48,944 nucleotides of DNA from NCBI GenBank assembly GCA_031581195.1, contig JAVLCF010000002.1:1-48944 (forward strand). The letters are read 5' to 3'. This DNA comes from Trueperaceae bacterium (GTDB lineage: Bacteria; Deinococcota; Deinococci; Deinococcales; Trueperaceae). This document shows positions 1 to 7,980 of the stretch, piece by piece (positions within the stretch are counted from its first letter, which is position 1; the number at the start of each line of letters is the position of its first letter). Both the position numbers and the translations under genes were made by a program. The notes below the pieces were generated by a model, which did not search any database, was not told the origin of the DNA, and was given only the letters and a program-made list of their open reading frames with translations.

Positions 1-197
1 AGAAGGTGCGCGAGTTCGTGCTGGAGGCGCACGCCCTGCGCGTCCCGACGGTGCGGATCCTGCACGGCAAGGGGACCGGCGCGCTGCGGGACGCGGTCCG
101 GGAGACGCTGCGGGGGGAGGCGCGGGTCGCGCGGTACGAGGATGCGGTCCCCTACGAGGGGGGGCACGGCGTGACGGTGGCGCACCTGGACGTGTGA
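1..197 (+). CDS. mutS2: Endonuclease MutS2, C-terminal Smr domain only (5' end outside window)
   Basis: The frame is open from base 3. The translation ...VPTVRILHGKGTGALRDAVRETL...GGHGVTVAHLDV carries the HGKGTG Smr motif that ends MutS2 proteins. TGA at 195-197. Confidence 0.8.
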   Translation, partial: KVREFVLEAHALRVPTVRILHGKGTGALRDAVRETLRGEARVARYEDAVPYEGGHGVTVAHLDV

Positions 198-216
198 CGC
201 GGGGTGCGGGCCGGGG

Positions 217-222
217 TAGCCT
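217..222 (+). promoter_or_regulatory. -10-like box positioned for a leaderless HAD gene transcript
   Basis: TAGCCT, 6 nt, GTG 229. No SD. Confidence 0.4.
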
Positions 223-228
223 GGCGGC

Positions 229-864
229 GTGAGCCAGATGCGCCCCCGCGCCGTGGTGTTCGACCTCGACGGCACCCTGATCGACAGCCTGCCCGACATC
301 GTCGCCAGCTTCCGGGCGGCGTTCGTGGATCGGGGCCTGCCCGCCCCGCGTGCGGGGGCCGTGCGCGCCGAGGTGGGGCGGCCGCTGGAGGCGATGATCG
401 CGGCGTTCGCGCCGGACCGGGTGGCGGACGTCGCGGCGGCGTACCGGCGGATCTACCCCGAGCGGTTCCTGGACACCACCGCGCCGTTCCCGGGGGCGCT
501 CGAGACGCTGGCGGCCCTGCGGGCGCGGGGGCTGCGCACGGCGGTGGCGACGACGAAGCGGACGGCGATGGCGCGCGACCTGGTGGAGGCGGTGGGGTTG
601 GCGCCGTACCTGGATCACGTGCAGGGGACCGACGACCTGCCGGCGAAGCCGGCGCCGGACGTCGTGTGGGCGGCGTTGCGGGCGGTGGCGGCGGAGGGGA
701 CGTGGATGGTGGGGGATACGGTGCACGACCTCGAGGCGGGGCGGGCGGCGGGGTTGGCGACGTACGGCGTGACGTGGGGGACGCACGACGCCGCGACGTT
801 GCGGACGGCGGCACCGGACGCGCTCGAGCCGGACCTCGCGGCGCTCGTGACGCGGCTGGGGTGA
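229..864 (+). CDS. HAD-IA hydrolase, phosphoglycolate-phosphatase-like
   Basis: 211 aa with HAD motifs FDLDGTL, ATTK, KPAPD and GDTVHD. GTG start lies 6 nt after a TAGCCT box. Confidence 0.85.
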   Translation: MSQMRPRAVVFDLDGTLIDSLPDIVASFRAAFVDRGLPAPRAGAVRAEVGRPLEAMIAAFAPDRVADVAAAYRRIYPERFLDTTAPFPGALETLAALRARGLRTAVATTKRTAMARDLVEAVGLAPYLDHVQGTDDLPAKPAPDVVWAALRAVAAEGTWMVGDTVHDLEAGRAAGLATYGVTWGTHDAATLRTAAPDALEPDLAALVTRLG

Positions 865-899
865 CGCCCCCGCGCACGGGGGTGGGGCGGGTCGGCGGG

Positions 900-905
900 T
901 ATCGT
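900..905 (+). promoter_or_regulatory. -10-like box for a leaderless LOG gene
   Basis: TATCGT, 5 nt, ATG 911. Confidence 0.4.
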
Positions 906-910
906 TGCGC

Positions 911-1624
911 ATGAGCACACGCGAAACGCAGTACGTGATCGACGCCTTGGCGGAGGACTCCTGGCGGATGTTCCGCATCCTGGGCGAGTTCGCCCAGGGG
1001 TTCGAGGCGATGGCGGACGTCGGCAAGGCGGTGACGGTGTTCGGCTCGTCGCGCCTCGCGGCGGACGGGGAGGCGTACGCCAAGGCGCGTCGCCTGGCCG
1101 AGGCGTTGGCGGGGCAGGGGTACGCGGTGTTGACCGGTGGGGGGCCGGGCATCATGGAGGCCGCGAACCGGGGGGCGTTCGAGGCGGGCGGCCGGTCGGT
1201 GGGGGTGAACATCACCCTCCCGCACGAGCAGAGTCCGAACCGCTTCCAGACCGACGCGCTGGACTTCACGTACTTCTTCGTGCGCAAGGTGATGCTGGTG
1301 AAGTACGCGACGGCGTTCGTGGCGTTCCCGGGGGGGTTCGGCACGATCGACGAGCTGTTCGAGGCGCTGACGTTGATTCAGACGCTGAAGATCAAGCCGT
1401 TCCCGGTGTACCTGGTCGACGTCGCCTACTGGCAGGGGTTGGTGGAGTGGATGGAGGCCACGCTGGTGCGCGAGGGCACGATTCACGCGCGCGACCTGCA
1501 GCTGTTCCAGCTGGTGGACGACGTCGCGGAGATCCCGGCGGCGATCGAGGCGTACTACCGAAGCGAGACGCGTGCGGGGTTCGACGTACCGAACGGGCGG
1601 GACGTGCCGGGCGACGGCGACTGA
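911..1624 (+). CDS. LOG / TIGR00730 family protein (cytokinin riboside 5'-monophosphate phosphoribohydrolase-like)
   Basis: GGGPGIMEAANRGA and PGGFGTIDEL motifs. ATG 911 is preferred over the track's TTG 905 because the TATCGT -10-like box (900-905) overlaps that TTG. Confidence 0.85.
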   Translation: MSTRETQYVIDALAEDSWRMFRILGEFAQGFEAMADVGKAVTVFGSSRLAADGEAYAKARRLAEALAGQGYAVLTGGGPGIMEAANRGAFEAGGRSVGVNITLPHEQSPNRFQTDALDFTYFFVRKVMLVKYATAFVAFPGGFGTIDELFEALTLIQTLKIKPFPVYLVDVAYWQGLVEWMEATLVREGTIHARDLQLFQLVDDVAEIPAAIEAYYRSETRAGFDVPNGRDVPGDGD

Positions 1625-1664
1625 GCGGCCCCGCAAGGAATCCTCGGCCTGTCGCTTGGAAAAC

Positions 1665-1693
1665 TTGACACGCTCACACTAAGGTTTTATCTT
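1665..1693 (+). promoter_or_regulatory. Sigma-70-type promoter of hsp20 (TTGACA-17-TATCTT)
   Basis: TTGACA at 1665-1670, a 17-nt spacer and TATCTT at 1688-1693, within one of the few AT-rich islands, about 60 nt upstream of the hsp20 ATG. Confidence 0.55.
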
Positions 1694-1753
1694 GGTGGGG
1701 AACGGCGACGGGGGTCCGCCCCCGCGCCCACACCACCTTCGAGGAGGGATTCC

Positions 1754-2191
1754 ATGGCACTCGTCCGCATGCAGACCCCCCGCACCCTGACCCGCGACCC
1801 GATGTTCGACGCCGTCGACCGGCTCTTCGACCTCGCGCAGGGCGCCGCCGCGCCGGCCGCCGCCGGCCCCGACGTCCCGACCGACCTCTACGAGACCGAC
1901 GAGGCGTGGGTCCTCGAGATGGCCGTCCCCGGCCTCGCCGCCGACGACCTCGACGTCGCCCTCGAGAACCGCGACCTGACCGTCCGCGCCGACCTGCCCG
2001 CCCACGAGGGCGAGGACCGCCGCTACTGGCGGCGCGGCCTCCCGCGCGGCACCGTCAGCCGCACCTTCCGCCTCCCCGACGGCGTCGACGCCGACGCGGT
2101 CGCGGCCCGCGTCCACGACGGCCTGCTGACGCTCACGCTGCCCAAGGCGCACGAAGCGAAGGTCAAGAAGATCGCCATCGACGCCAACTGA
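1754..2191 (+). CDS. hsp20: Hsp20/alpha-crystallin small heat-shock protein
   Basis: 145 aa with an alpha-crystallin domain (DLYETDEAWVLEMAVPG, RTFRLP, GLLTLTLPK). GAGGAGGG SD lies 5 nt before the ATG. Confidence 0.9.
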   Translation: MALVRMQTPRTLTRDPMFDAVDRLFDLAQGAAAPAAAGPDVPTDLYETDEAWVLEMAVPGLAADDLDVALENRDLTVRADLPAHEGEDRRYWRRGLPRGTVSRTFRLPDGVDADAVAARVHDGLLTLTLPKAHEAKVKKIAIDAN

Positions 2192-2213
2192 GCGGCGTCC
2201 TCGCCCCACGACG

Positions 2214-2243
2214 ACGCGCGGCGGGCCGAAGCCCGCCGCGCGT
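2214..2243. terminator. Bidirectional GC hairpin between convergent hsp20 and the ankyrin-M23 gene
   Basis: ACGCGCGGCGGGC-cgaa-GCCCGCCGCGCGT, a perfect 13-bp stem. No clear U-tract, as expected at this GC content. Confidence 0.6.
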
Positions 2244-2268
2244 CCGCGTCCGGGTCGTGCGCGACGCC

Positions 2269-3411
2269 TCAGAAGGTCAGGCCGCCGTCGGTGAACGGCG
2301 GCAACGCGTCGAGCCCGAACACCTGCGCCGCGACCGCGTAGATCTCCGGCGGCTCCATGCCCGCCCCCAGGTACGTGTCGTCCCGCCAGATCTCGACGTG
2401 CGGGTGCGGACCCGCCTCGGTCCCCGCCGCCGCCTCCGACGTCCCGGAGTTCCCGGTGAAGCCGACCGTCGCCCCCTGCGCCACGCGCGCACCCTCGACG
2501 ACGCCCTCGGCGACGCCGGACAGGTGCGCGTAGCGGCTGACGAACCCGCCCGCGTGGCGGATCCACACCTGCCGCCCCCGCAAGGCGTCCAGCACGTCGG
2601 GCGGCGTCGTCAGCGACGACGTCGCCTCCTCGATCAACGCGTCGTAGCGCGCCTGCGTGAGCGGCGCGTAGTCGACGTCCGCCCGGATCACCGTTCCCGC
2701 CGCCACCGCCCGCTGCGGCGTGCCGTAGGCGATCTCGACGCTCACCGTCCCGTCGTAGAAATCGAAGCCCTCGTGCGTCCCGTTGCGGTAGCGGCGCGGC
2801 GCCCCCGGCAGGTGGCTCGCGCGCGACGACAGCGTCGCGCCGTCGATCGGCACGACGTACATCGACGGCCAGCCCTCCGCGAAGGGCGCCCCGCCCCGCA
2901 GCTCCGCGATCGCGTCGAAGCCGTCGCTCAGCTCCACCAGGCGCCCGTACAGCCCGCTCCCCCGCACCGGCGGGTGGTCGGCCGCCAGGTCCACCGCCCG
3001 CACGCCGTCGGCGTCGCGGACGTGCGGGTCCGCCCCGGCGTTCAGCAGCAACAGCGCCGTCGAGGCGCTCGGGGCGGCGTCCGCGGCGAACATCAACGCC
3101 GTCCAGCCCCCCGCCGACCGCGCGTTCACGTCCGCGCCCGCCGCCAGCAGCCGCCGCACCACGTCGTCGTGCCCCGCCGCCGCCGCCCGCATCAACGGCG
3201 TCCGCCCGAAGGCGTCCGTCGCCGACGTCGGTGCGCCCGCCGCCAGCGCCGCATCCACCTCCGACGGGACGCCCGCGTCCGACGCGCTCAGCAGCACCGT
3301 CGCCGGCGCCGGCGGCGCCTCGGCCTCCGCGCCACCCCCCCTCGAGGCGGCGAACCACCCGACGACCCCCAAGATCCCCACGACCACCATCGCGGCCACG
3401 ATGCGCATCAT
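2269..3411 (-). CDS. Membrane-anchored ankyrin-repeat + M23 metallopeptidase fusion protein
   Basis: 380 aa. N-terminal TM helix MMRIVAAMVVVGILGVVGW. At least two ankyrin repeats (GRTPLMRAAAAGHDDVVRRLLAAGADVNARSAGGWTALMFAA). C-terminal M23 motifs HEGFD (HxxxD), GNSG and HPHVEIW (HxH). Confidence 0.8.
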   Translation of the reverse strand: MMRIVAAMVVVGILGVVGWFAASRGGGAEAEAPPAPATVLLSASDAGVPSEVDAALAAGAPTSATDAFGRTPLMRAAAAGHDDVVRRLLAAGADVNARSAGGWTALMFAADAAPSASTALLLLNAGADPHVRDADGVRAVDLAADHPPVRGSGLYGRLVELSDGFDAIAELRGGAPFAEGWPSMYVVPIDGATLSSRASHLPGAPRRYRNGTHEGFDFYDGTVSVEIAYGTPQRAVAAGTVIRADVDYAPLTQARYDALIEEATSSLTTPPDVLDALRGRQVWIRHAGGFVSRYAHLSGVAEGVVEGARVAQGATVGFTGNSGTSEAAAGTEAGPHPHVEIWRDDTYLGAGMEPPEIYAVAAQVFGLDALPPFTDGGLTF

Positions 3412-3417
3412 GCCCGC

Positions 3418-3423
3418 AGGCTA
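3418..3423 (-). promoter_or_regulatory. -10-like box for the leaderless ankyrin-M23 gene
   Basis: Minus strand TAGCCT, 6 nt, ATG 3411. Confidence 0.4.
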
Positions 3424-3463
3424 CCCCGACCGACCGCCGTACGCCGCGTCCCCGCGGAAGCGG

Positions 3464-3469
3464 TAGCCT
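3464..3469 (+). promoter_or_regulatory. -10-like box for the leaderless MATE gene
   Basis: TAGCCT, 7 nt, GTG 3477. Confidence 0.4.
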
Positions 3470-3476
3470 CGCGGGC

Positions 3477-4877
3477 GTGCGTCGCCCCGCCCGCCCCCTC
3501 CCGATCCGCGAACTGCGCGACCTGCTGGCCCTCGCCGGCCCCCTGATCGCCGCCCAACTCGCGCAGATCGGCATGAACACCGTCGACACCGTCATGGCCG
3601 GCCGCCTCGGTCCCGACGCGCTCGCCGGCATCGCGCTGGGGGGCGTGGTGTACCAAAGCACCCTCATCCTCGGCATGGGCGTCCTCTTCGCCGTCGCCCC
3701 CCTCGTCTCCGGCGCGCTCGGCGCGGACCGCCCCGACCGGGCCGGCCGCACCGCCCGCCAAGGCCTGTGGCTGGCGCTGCTGCTCGGCGTCCCGATCACG
3801 CTCGGCCTCCGCGAGGTCGGTCCGCTGCTGCAGCACCTCGGGCAGGACCCCGACACCGCCGCCCTCGCCGGCGGTTACCTCGGGACCGTCGCCTTCGGCT
3901 ACCTCCCCGCCCTCGCCCTCGTCGCGGCCCGCGGGTTCCTCGAGGGGATCGGCGACGCCCGCCCGATCATGGTCACCCTGATCCTCGGGATCGGCGCGAA
4001 CGTCGTCGCGAACGACGCCCTCATGTTCGGCCGCTACGGCCTGCCCGCCCTCGGTCTCGTCGGGACCGGCGTCGCCACCGCCCTCGTCTACACCGCCATG
4101 GCGACCGCCCTCCTCGCCTACGTCGCCCTCCGCCACCCCCGCTACCGCGTCCTGCGCGGCCTCCGCCGGCCCGACCCCGGCGTGCTCCGCGAGATCTTCG
4201 CGCTCGGTTGGCCCATCGGCCTCACCCTCGGCTTCGAAGCGGCCCTCTTCGCCATCACCGCCGTCCTCATGGGGACCTTCGGCCCCGACGCGCTCGCCGG
4301 CCACCAGATCGCCATCCAGGCCGCCTCGGTGACCTTCATGGTCCCCGTCGGCCTCGCCAACGCCACCGGCGTCCGCGTCGCCCGCGCCGCCGGCGCCCGC
4401 GACCGCACCGGCGTCCGCCGCGCCGGCCTCACCGGGATCGGGGTCGCCGTCGCCTTCATGAGCCTCACCGCCCTCGTCTTCCGCTTCGCGCCCGACCTCG
4501 TCGTCGCCGCCTTCCTCGACCCCACCGCCCCCGGCAACGCCGCCACCGTCCGCTTCGCCGCGACGTTCCTCGGCATCGCCGCCATCTTCCAGGTCGTCGA
4601 CGGCGTCCAAGTCACCGCGTCCGGCGCGCTGCGCGGCCTGCGCGACACCCGCGTCCCCATGCTCCTCAGCTTCGTGTCGTACGGCGTCGTCGGCCTCGGC
4701 AGCGGCGTGACCCTCGCGTTCGCCGCCGACCTCGCGGGGCGCGGCCTGTGGATCGGCCTCGTGATCGGCCTCGCGACCGCCGCGACCCTCCTCACCACCC
4801 GCTTCCTGCGCGCCACCCGCCCCGGCGCCGGGGCCCTCCCCGGCGTCCCCGACCCCGCCGCCGACGGGGTACACTAG
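3477..4877 (+). CDS. MATE family efflux transporter
   Basis: GTG 3477 is aa 83 of the track ORF; the upstream part is Pro/Arg-rich junk. 466 aa, polytopic, with a typical MATE N-terminus LIAAQLAQIGMNTVDTVMAGRLG. A TAGCCT box lies 7 nt upstream. Confidence 0.85.
   Translation: MRRPARPLPIRELRDLLALAGPLIAAQLAQIGMNTVDTVMAGRLGPDALAGIALGGVVYQSTLILGMGVLFAVAPLVSGALGADRPDRAGRTARQGLWLALLLGVPITLGLREVGPLLQHLGQDPDTAALAGGYLGTVAFGYLPALALVAARGFLEGIGDARPIMVTLILGIGANVVANDALMFGRYGLPALGLVGTGVATALVYTAMATALLAYVALRHPRYRVLRGLRRPDPGVLREIFALGWPIGLTLGFEAALFAITAVLMGTFGPDALAGHQIAIQAASVTFMVPVGLANATGVRVARAAGARDRTGVRRAGLTGIGVAVAFMSLTALVFRFAPDLVVAAFLDPTAPGNAATVRFAATFLGIAAIFQVVDGVQVTASGALRGLRDTRVPMLLSFVSYGVVGLGSGVTLAFAADLAGRGLWIGLVIGLATAATLLTTRFLRATRPGAGALPGVPDPAADGVH
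4870..4875 (+). promoter_or_regulatory. -10-like box for the leaderless 45-aa ORF
   Basis: TACACT overlapping the MATE stop codon, 7 nt, ATG 4883. Confidence 0.35.
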
Positions 4878-4882
4878 GCCCC

Positions 4883-5020
4883 ATGAGCACGCTCACGTCC
4901 ATCCTCGTCTACTCGACGTTGGTGCTCGGCGGCCTCACCGCCGCCGCCGCCGCGTTCGTGTTCCTCGGCCTCTGGATCGCCGGCGAGACGGACGACGGCG
5001 AGCCCGACGCCGCCCACTGA
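4883..5020 (+). CDS. Small hypothetical membrane protein (45 aa, one TM helix)
   Basis: MSTLTSILVYSTLVLGGLTAAAAAFVFLGLWIAGETDDGEPDAAH. Third-codon positions are almost all G/C, like real genes here. A TACACT box lies 7 nt upstream of the ATG. Confidence 0.5.
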   Translation: MSTLTSILVYSTLVLGGLTAAAAAFVFLGLWIAGETDDGEPDAAH

Positions 5021-5030
5021 CCCCGCCCGC

Positions 5031-5675
5031 GTGACGACGCCGGACCCGCCGGCCCGCCCGCGCGTCGCGGCGCTCCGCCGCTACCTCGCCGCGCCCGACC
5101 TCACGGCCCGCGACGCCGCCGCGAAGCTCGGCCTCGTTCACGCCGCCGCCTTCGCCGCGCAGGTCCTCGCCGCCGGCGGCGTCGTCGCTGCGGTCGTGAC
5201 CCTCGCCGGCCGTCAGGACGCCCCCAGCGGCGTCGTCGCGGCGACCCTGCTCACCGCGAGTTACCTGCACCTCGCGATCGGCGTCGCCGCCGCGGTCGGC
5301 GGCACGCAGGCCGCAGCCCGCACCGCCGCCCGCTGGCGCGACGGCGCCCCCCATCGTGCGGACGCGCCGGCCGACCCCTCGACGGCCGACGGCCCGACCC
5401 TGACGACCGTCCGCCGCGCCGGCCTGTCGGCCGCCCTCCTCGGCGGGCTGCTGCTGGCCGTCCCCGCCTGGTTCCTCGCCTTCGCCTGGGCCACCGGCCA
5501 GGGGGCCGGCACGCTGGTCGGGACCGCCGCCGCCCTCGCCCTCGGCTACGCCCTCGGCCTCCTTCAGGTCCGGCGCATCGGTCGGGCCGTCACGCCCGAG
5601 CCTCCGGAGGGGGCCCCGGGCGGGGGGGCCGAACGAACGTCGGGCCCCGACGACGACGCGACCGGGGCCGCCTGA
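5031..5675 (+). CDS. Hypothetical integral membrane protein (214 aa)
   Basis: Very high GC3 in this frame and about four hydrophobic segments. No recognisable motif. GTG start lies 10 nt after the stop of the preceding small ORF. Confidence 0.6.
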   Translation: MTTPDPPARPRVAALRRYLAAPDLTARDAAAKLGLVHAAAFAAQVLAAGGVVAAVVTLAGRQDAPSGVVAATLLTASYLHLAIGVAAAVGGTQAAARTAARWRDGAPHRADAPADPSTADGPTLTTVRRAGLSAALLGGLLLAVPAWFLAFAWATGQGAGTLVGTAAALALGYALGLLQVRRIGRAVTPEPPEGAPGGGAERTSGPDDDATGAA

Positions 5676-5689
5676 ACGACGGGCGTGCG

Positions 5690-6172
5690 TCAGACCGGTT
5701 CGGTCGCGCCGTCCTGCTCGAACCAGGCGCGCCAATCCCAACTGCTCTTGTGGACGCGGGCGAGCTGGAAGGTCTCGGTGCTTTCGATGCCCTCGACCTC
5801 CGTCGGCAGGCGTTCCGCCACGAACTCGTGGAGGGCGGCGACGCTCGGGTGCAGCGTCTGGATGATGAGGTCGGCCGAGCCGAAGCTGCTGCCGACGAAG
5901 CGCACGTTGGGCAGCTCCGTCAGCGCCTCGGCCACGGCGTTGGAGCGACCGACCCGGGTCCGCACGAGGGTGATCGCGTTGACCGGCACGCCCAGCGCGA
6001 CCGGGTCGCCGACCGCGGAGATGCGGATCCAGCCGGCCTGAGTCATGCGCTGCACGCGCGAGCGGACGGTGGCCTCCGCGACGTCGAGGTCGCGGGCGAT
6101 CTCGCGGTAGGGACGACGCCCGTCGTCCTCGAGGGCCATGATGATGCGTTGATCCAAGGGGTCGAGCGCCAT
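5690..6172 (-). CDS. Lrp/AsnC family transcriptional regulator
   Basis: 160 aa. N-terminal HTH (LDQRIIMALEDDGRRPYREIARDLDVAEATVRSRVQRM) plus a C-terminal RAM/AsnC_trans_reg domain. Confidence 0.9.
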   Translation of the reverse strand: MALDPLDQRIIMALEDDGRRPYREIARDLDVAEATVRSRVQRMTQAGWIRISAVGDPVALGVPVNAITLVRTRVGRSNAVAEALTELPNVRFVGSSFGSADLIIQTLHPSVAALHEFVAERLPTEVEGIESTETFQLARVHKSSWDWRAWFEQDGATEPV

Positions 6173-6178
6173 GGGCCG

Positions 6179-6184
6179 AGCCTA
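6179..6184 (-). promoter_or_regulatory. -10-like box for the leaderless lrp/asnC gene
   Basis: Minus strand TAGGCT, 6 nt, ATG 6172. Confidence 0.4.
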
Positions 6185-6254
6185 CCCTTCCGCGACGCGA
6201 GCGAAGGGCTCCGCGTCGCCTGCGCAAAGATGTACGACGATTGGTGTTCTAGCA

Positions 6255-6294
6255 CGCAATGCAATAAAAATACGTCGTCATCGTTGACATTGCG
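6255..6294. promoter_or_regulatory. Inverted repeat CGCAATG-N26-CATTGCG flanking an A/T-rich core (candidate Lrp/AsnC site)
   Basis: CGCAATG at 6255-6261 and CATTGCG at 6288-6294. The right arm overlaps the -35 box, and the core contains AATAAAAATA. Confidence 0.35.
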
Positions 6295-6313
6295 CGAGGA
6301 CGCCCCGTAGAGT
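6284..6313 (+). promoter_or_regulatory. Candidate promoter of the ABC importer operon (TTGACA-18-TAGAGT)
   Basis: TTGACA at 6284-6289 and TAGAGT at 6308-6313, in the AT-rich lrp/dpp divergent region. Confidence 0.45.
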
Positions 6314-6409
6314 CTGCGCACGTCGCGGCTCCCCCCGCGCATCCGGCGCGTCCGGGGGTCCGGCGCCACGATCGGACCGCCCCGTCCCGCGGTCCGCGAG
6401 GGAGGCCCC

Positions 6410-7918
6410 ATGAAGCGTCCGTTGTTCCGACTCCTCCTCGGCACGGCCCTGATCGCGCTCCTCGGTAGCGCCGCCGCGCAAACCGTGCGCGTCGGTCTCG
6501 CCGAGGACCCCGACGTCCTCGACCCCGACCTGGGGCGCACCTACGTCGGCCGCATCGTCTTCGCCAGCCTGTGCGACAAACTCTTCGAGATCACGCCCGA
6601 CCTCGAGATCTTCCCGCAACTCGCGTCCGGCTACGACGTCGCCGACGACGGCCTCTCGGTCACCATCGACGTGCGCCCCGGCGTCGTCTTCCACGACGGC
6701 ACGCCGCTCGACGCCGAGGCGGTCAAGTACAACCTCGAGCGCTCCAAGACCCTCCCCGGCTCCAACCGCTCCAGCGAACTCGCGCAGGTCGAATCGATCG
6801 ACGTCGTCGACGACGACACGGTGCGCCTGAACCTGAGCGAGCCGTTCGCGCCGCTCATCGCGCTCCTCGCCGACCGCAGCGGCATGATGATCTCGCCGGC
6901 CGCCGCCGAGGAGCTCGGCGAGGACTTCGGTCGCTCGCCCGTCTGCGCCGGCCCCTTCGAGTTCGTCGAGCGCGTGGCGCAGGACCGCATCGCGCTCGAG
7001 CGCTTCGACGGCTACTGGGACGCCGACGCCATCGCGATCGACGAGGTCGTGTTCCTCCCGATCCCCGACACCAGCGTCCGCCTCGCCAACCTGCAGGCCG
7101 GCGACCTGCAGGTCATCGAGCGCGCCGCCCCCACCGACCTCGGGATCATCCGCGACGATCCCGACCTCACCCTGCCCTCCGCCGCCAGCCTCGGCTACCA
7201 GGGCATCACCGTCAACGTCGCCAACCCGGAACCGCGCGACGACCCGATGGCGACCGACCCGCGCGTCCGCGAAGCGTTCGAGCTCGCCATCGACCGCGAG
7301 GTCATCAACGACGTCGTCTTCGGCGGCGAATTCATCGTCGGGAACCAGGCGGTCCCGCCCAGCAGCCCCTGGTACGTCGACGCCTACCCGATCGCCGAAC
7401 GCGACGTCGAGCGCGCCCGTGAGCTGCTCCGCGAGGCCGGCCACGACCGCGTGGCCTTCGAGATGATGGTCGCCAACAACCCGCAGTCGGTCCAGATCGG
7501 CGAGGTCGTCCAGGCGCTCGCCGCCGAAGCCGGCTTCGACGTCACCGTCCGCGCCACGGAGTTCGCGACCGCCCTCGACCTGTGGGAGCAGGGCGAGTAC
7601 GACACCTTCCAGGTCGGCTGGTCCGGACGCCTCGATCCCGACGGCAACATCCACTCGTTCCAGACGTGCGACGGCAACCTGAACGAGCACGGCGTGTGCG
7701 ACGAGGAGACCTCGCGCCTCCTGAACGAAGCGCGCGTCACCAGCGGCTTCGACGACCGCTACGCGCTGTACGAGGCCGCGGCGGAGCGCTACCTGCCCAA
7801 CCGCCACGTGATCTACCTCTACCACCAGCAACTGTTCTTCCCGCACACCGCCGCGATGCAGGGCTTCGAGGCCTACCCCGACGGCATCATCCGCTTCCAA
7901 GGCGTCACGCTCGACTGA
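6410..7918 (+). CDS. ABC transporter substrate-binding protein, family 5 (peptide/nickel/glutathione type)
   Basis: 502 aa. Signal peptide MKRPLFRLLLGTALIALLGSAAAQ, DppA/OppA-like body, GAGGGAGG SD. Confidence 0.9.
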   Translation: MKRPLFRLLLGTALIALLGSAAAQTVRVGLAEDPDVLDPDLGRTYVGRIVFASLCDKLFEITPDLEIFPQLASGYDVADDGLSVTIDVRPGVVFHDGTPLDAEAVKYNLERSKTLPGSNRSSELAQVESIDVVDDDTVRLNLSEPFAPLIALLADRSGMMISPAAAEELGEDFGRSPVCAGPFEFVERVAQDRIALERFDGYWDADAIAIDEVVFLPIPDTSVRLANLQAGDLQVIERAAPTDLGIIRDDPDLTLPSAASLGYQGITVNVANPEPRDDPMATDPRVREAFELAIDREVINDVVFGGEFIVGNQAVPPSSPWYVDAYPIAERDVERARELLREAGHDRVAFEMMVANNPQSVQIGEVVQALAAEAGFDVTVRATEFATALDLWEQGEYDTFQVGWSGRLDPDGNIHSFQTCDGNLNEHGVCDEETSRLLNEARVTSGFDDRYALYEAAAERYLPNRHVIYLYHQQLFFPHTAAMQGFEAYPDGIIRFQGVTLD

Positions 7919-7934
7919 CGTCCGCGCTCCACCG

Positions 7935-7965
7935 GCGAAGGGGTGGGCTTCGGCCCACCCCTCGC
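7935..7965 (+). other. Intercistronic hairpin between the SBP and first permease genes
   Basis: GGGGTGGGC-ttcg-GCCCACCCC (7940-7948 / 7953-7961), extended by GCGA(A)/TCGC. This is the typical position of a stabiliser/attenuator that sets SBP excess over the permeases. Confidence 0.5.
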
Positions 7966-7980
7966 CCTTCGAGGAGACCC

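Noticed and set aside
905-910. The track's TTG 905 start for the LOG gene, and long N-terminal extensions of other track ORFs (3231, 7582, 8181, 8960, 9873, 10553, 12771, 15308, 19587, 43747; minus-strand 15477, 18835, 19809, 25781, 26152, 32013, 37006, 37741, 41026, 42910, 43488, 44279, 48750).
   Set aside because: The extensions are Pro/Arg-rich, overlap upstream genes, or overlap the -10 boxes. Internal starts are supported by an SD, a -10 box or stop/start coupling, and by where the family-typical N-terminus begins.
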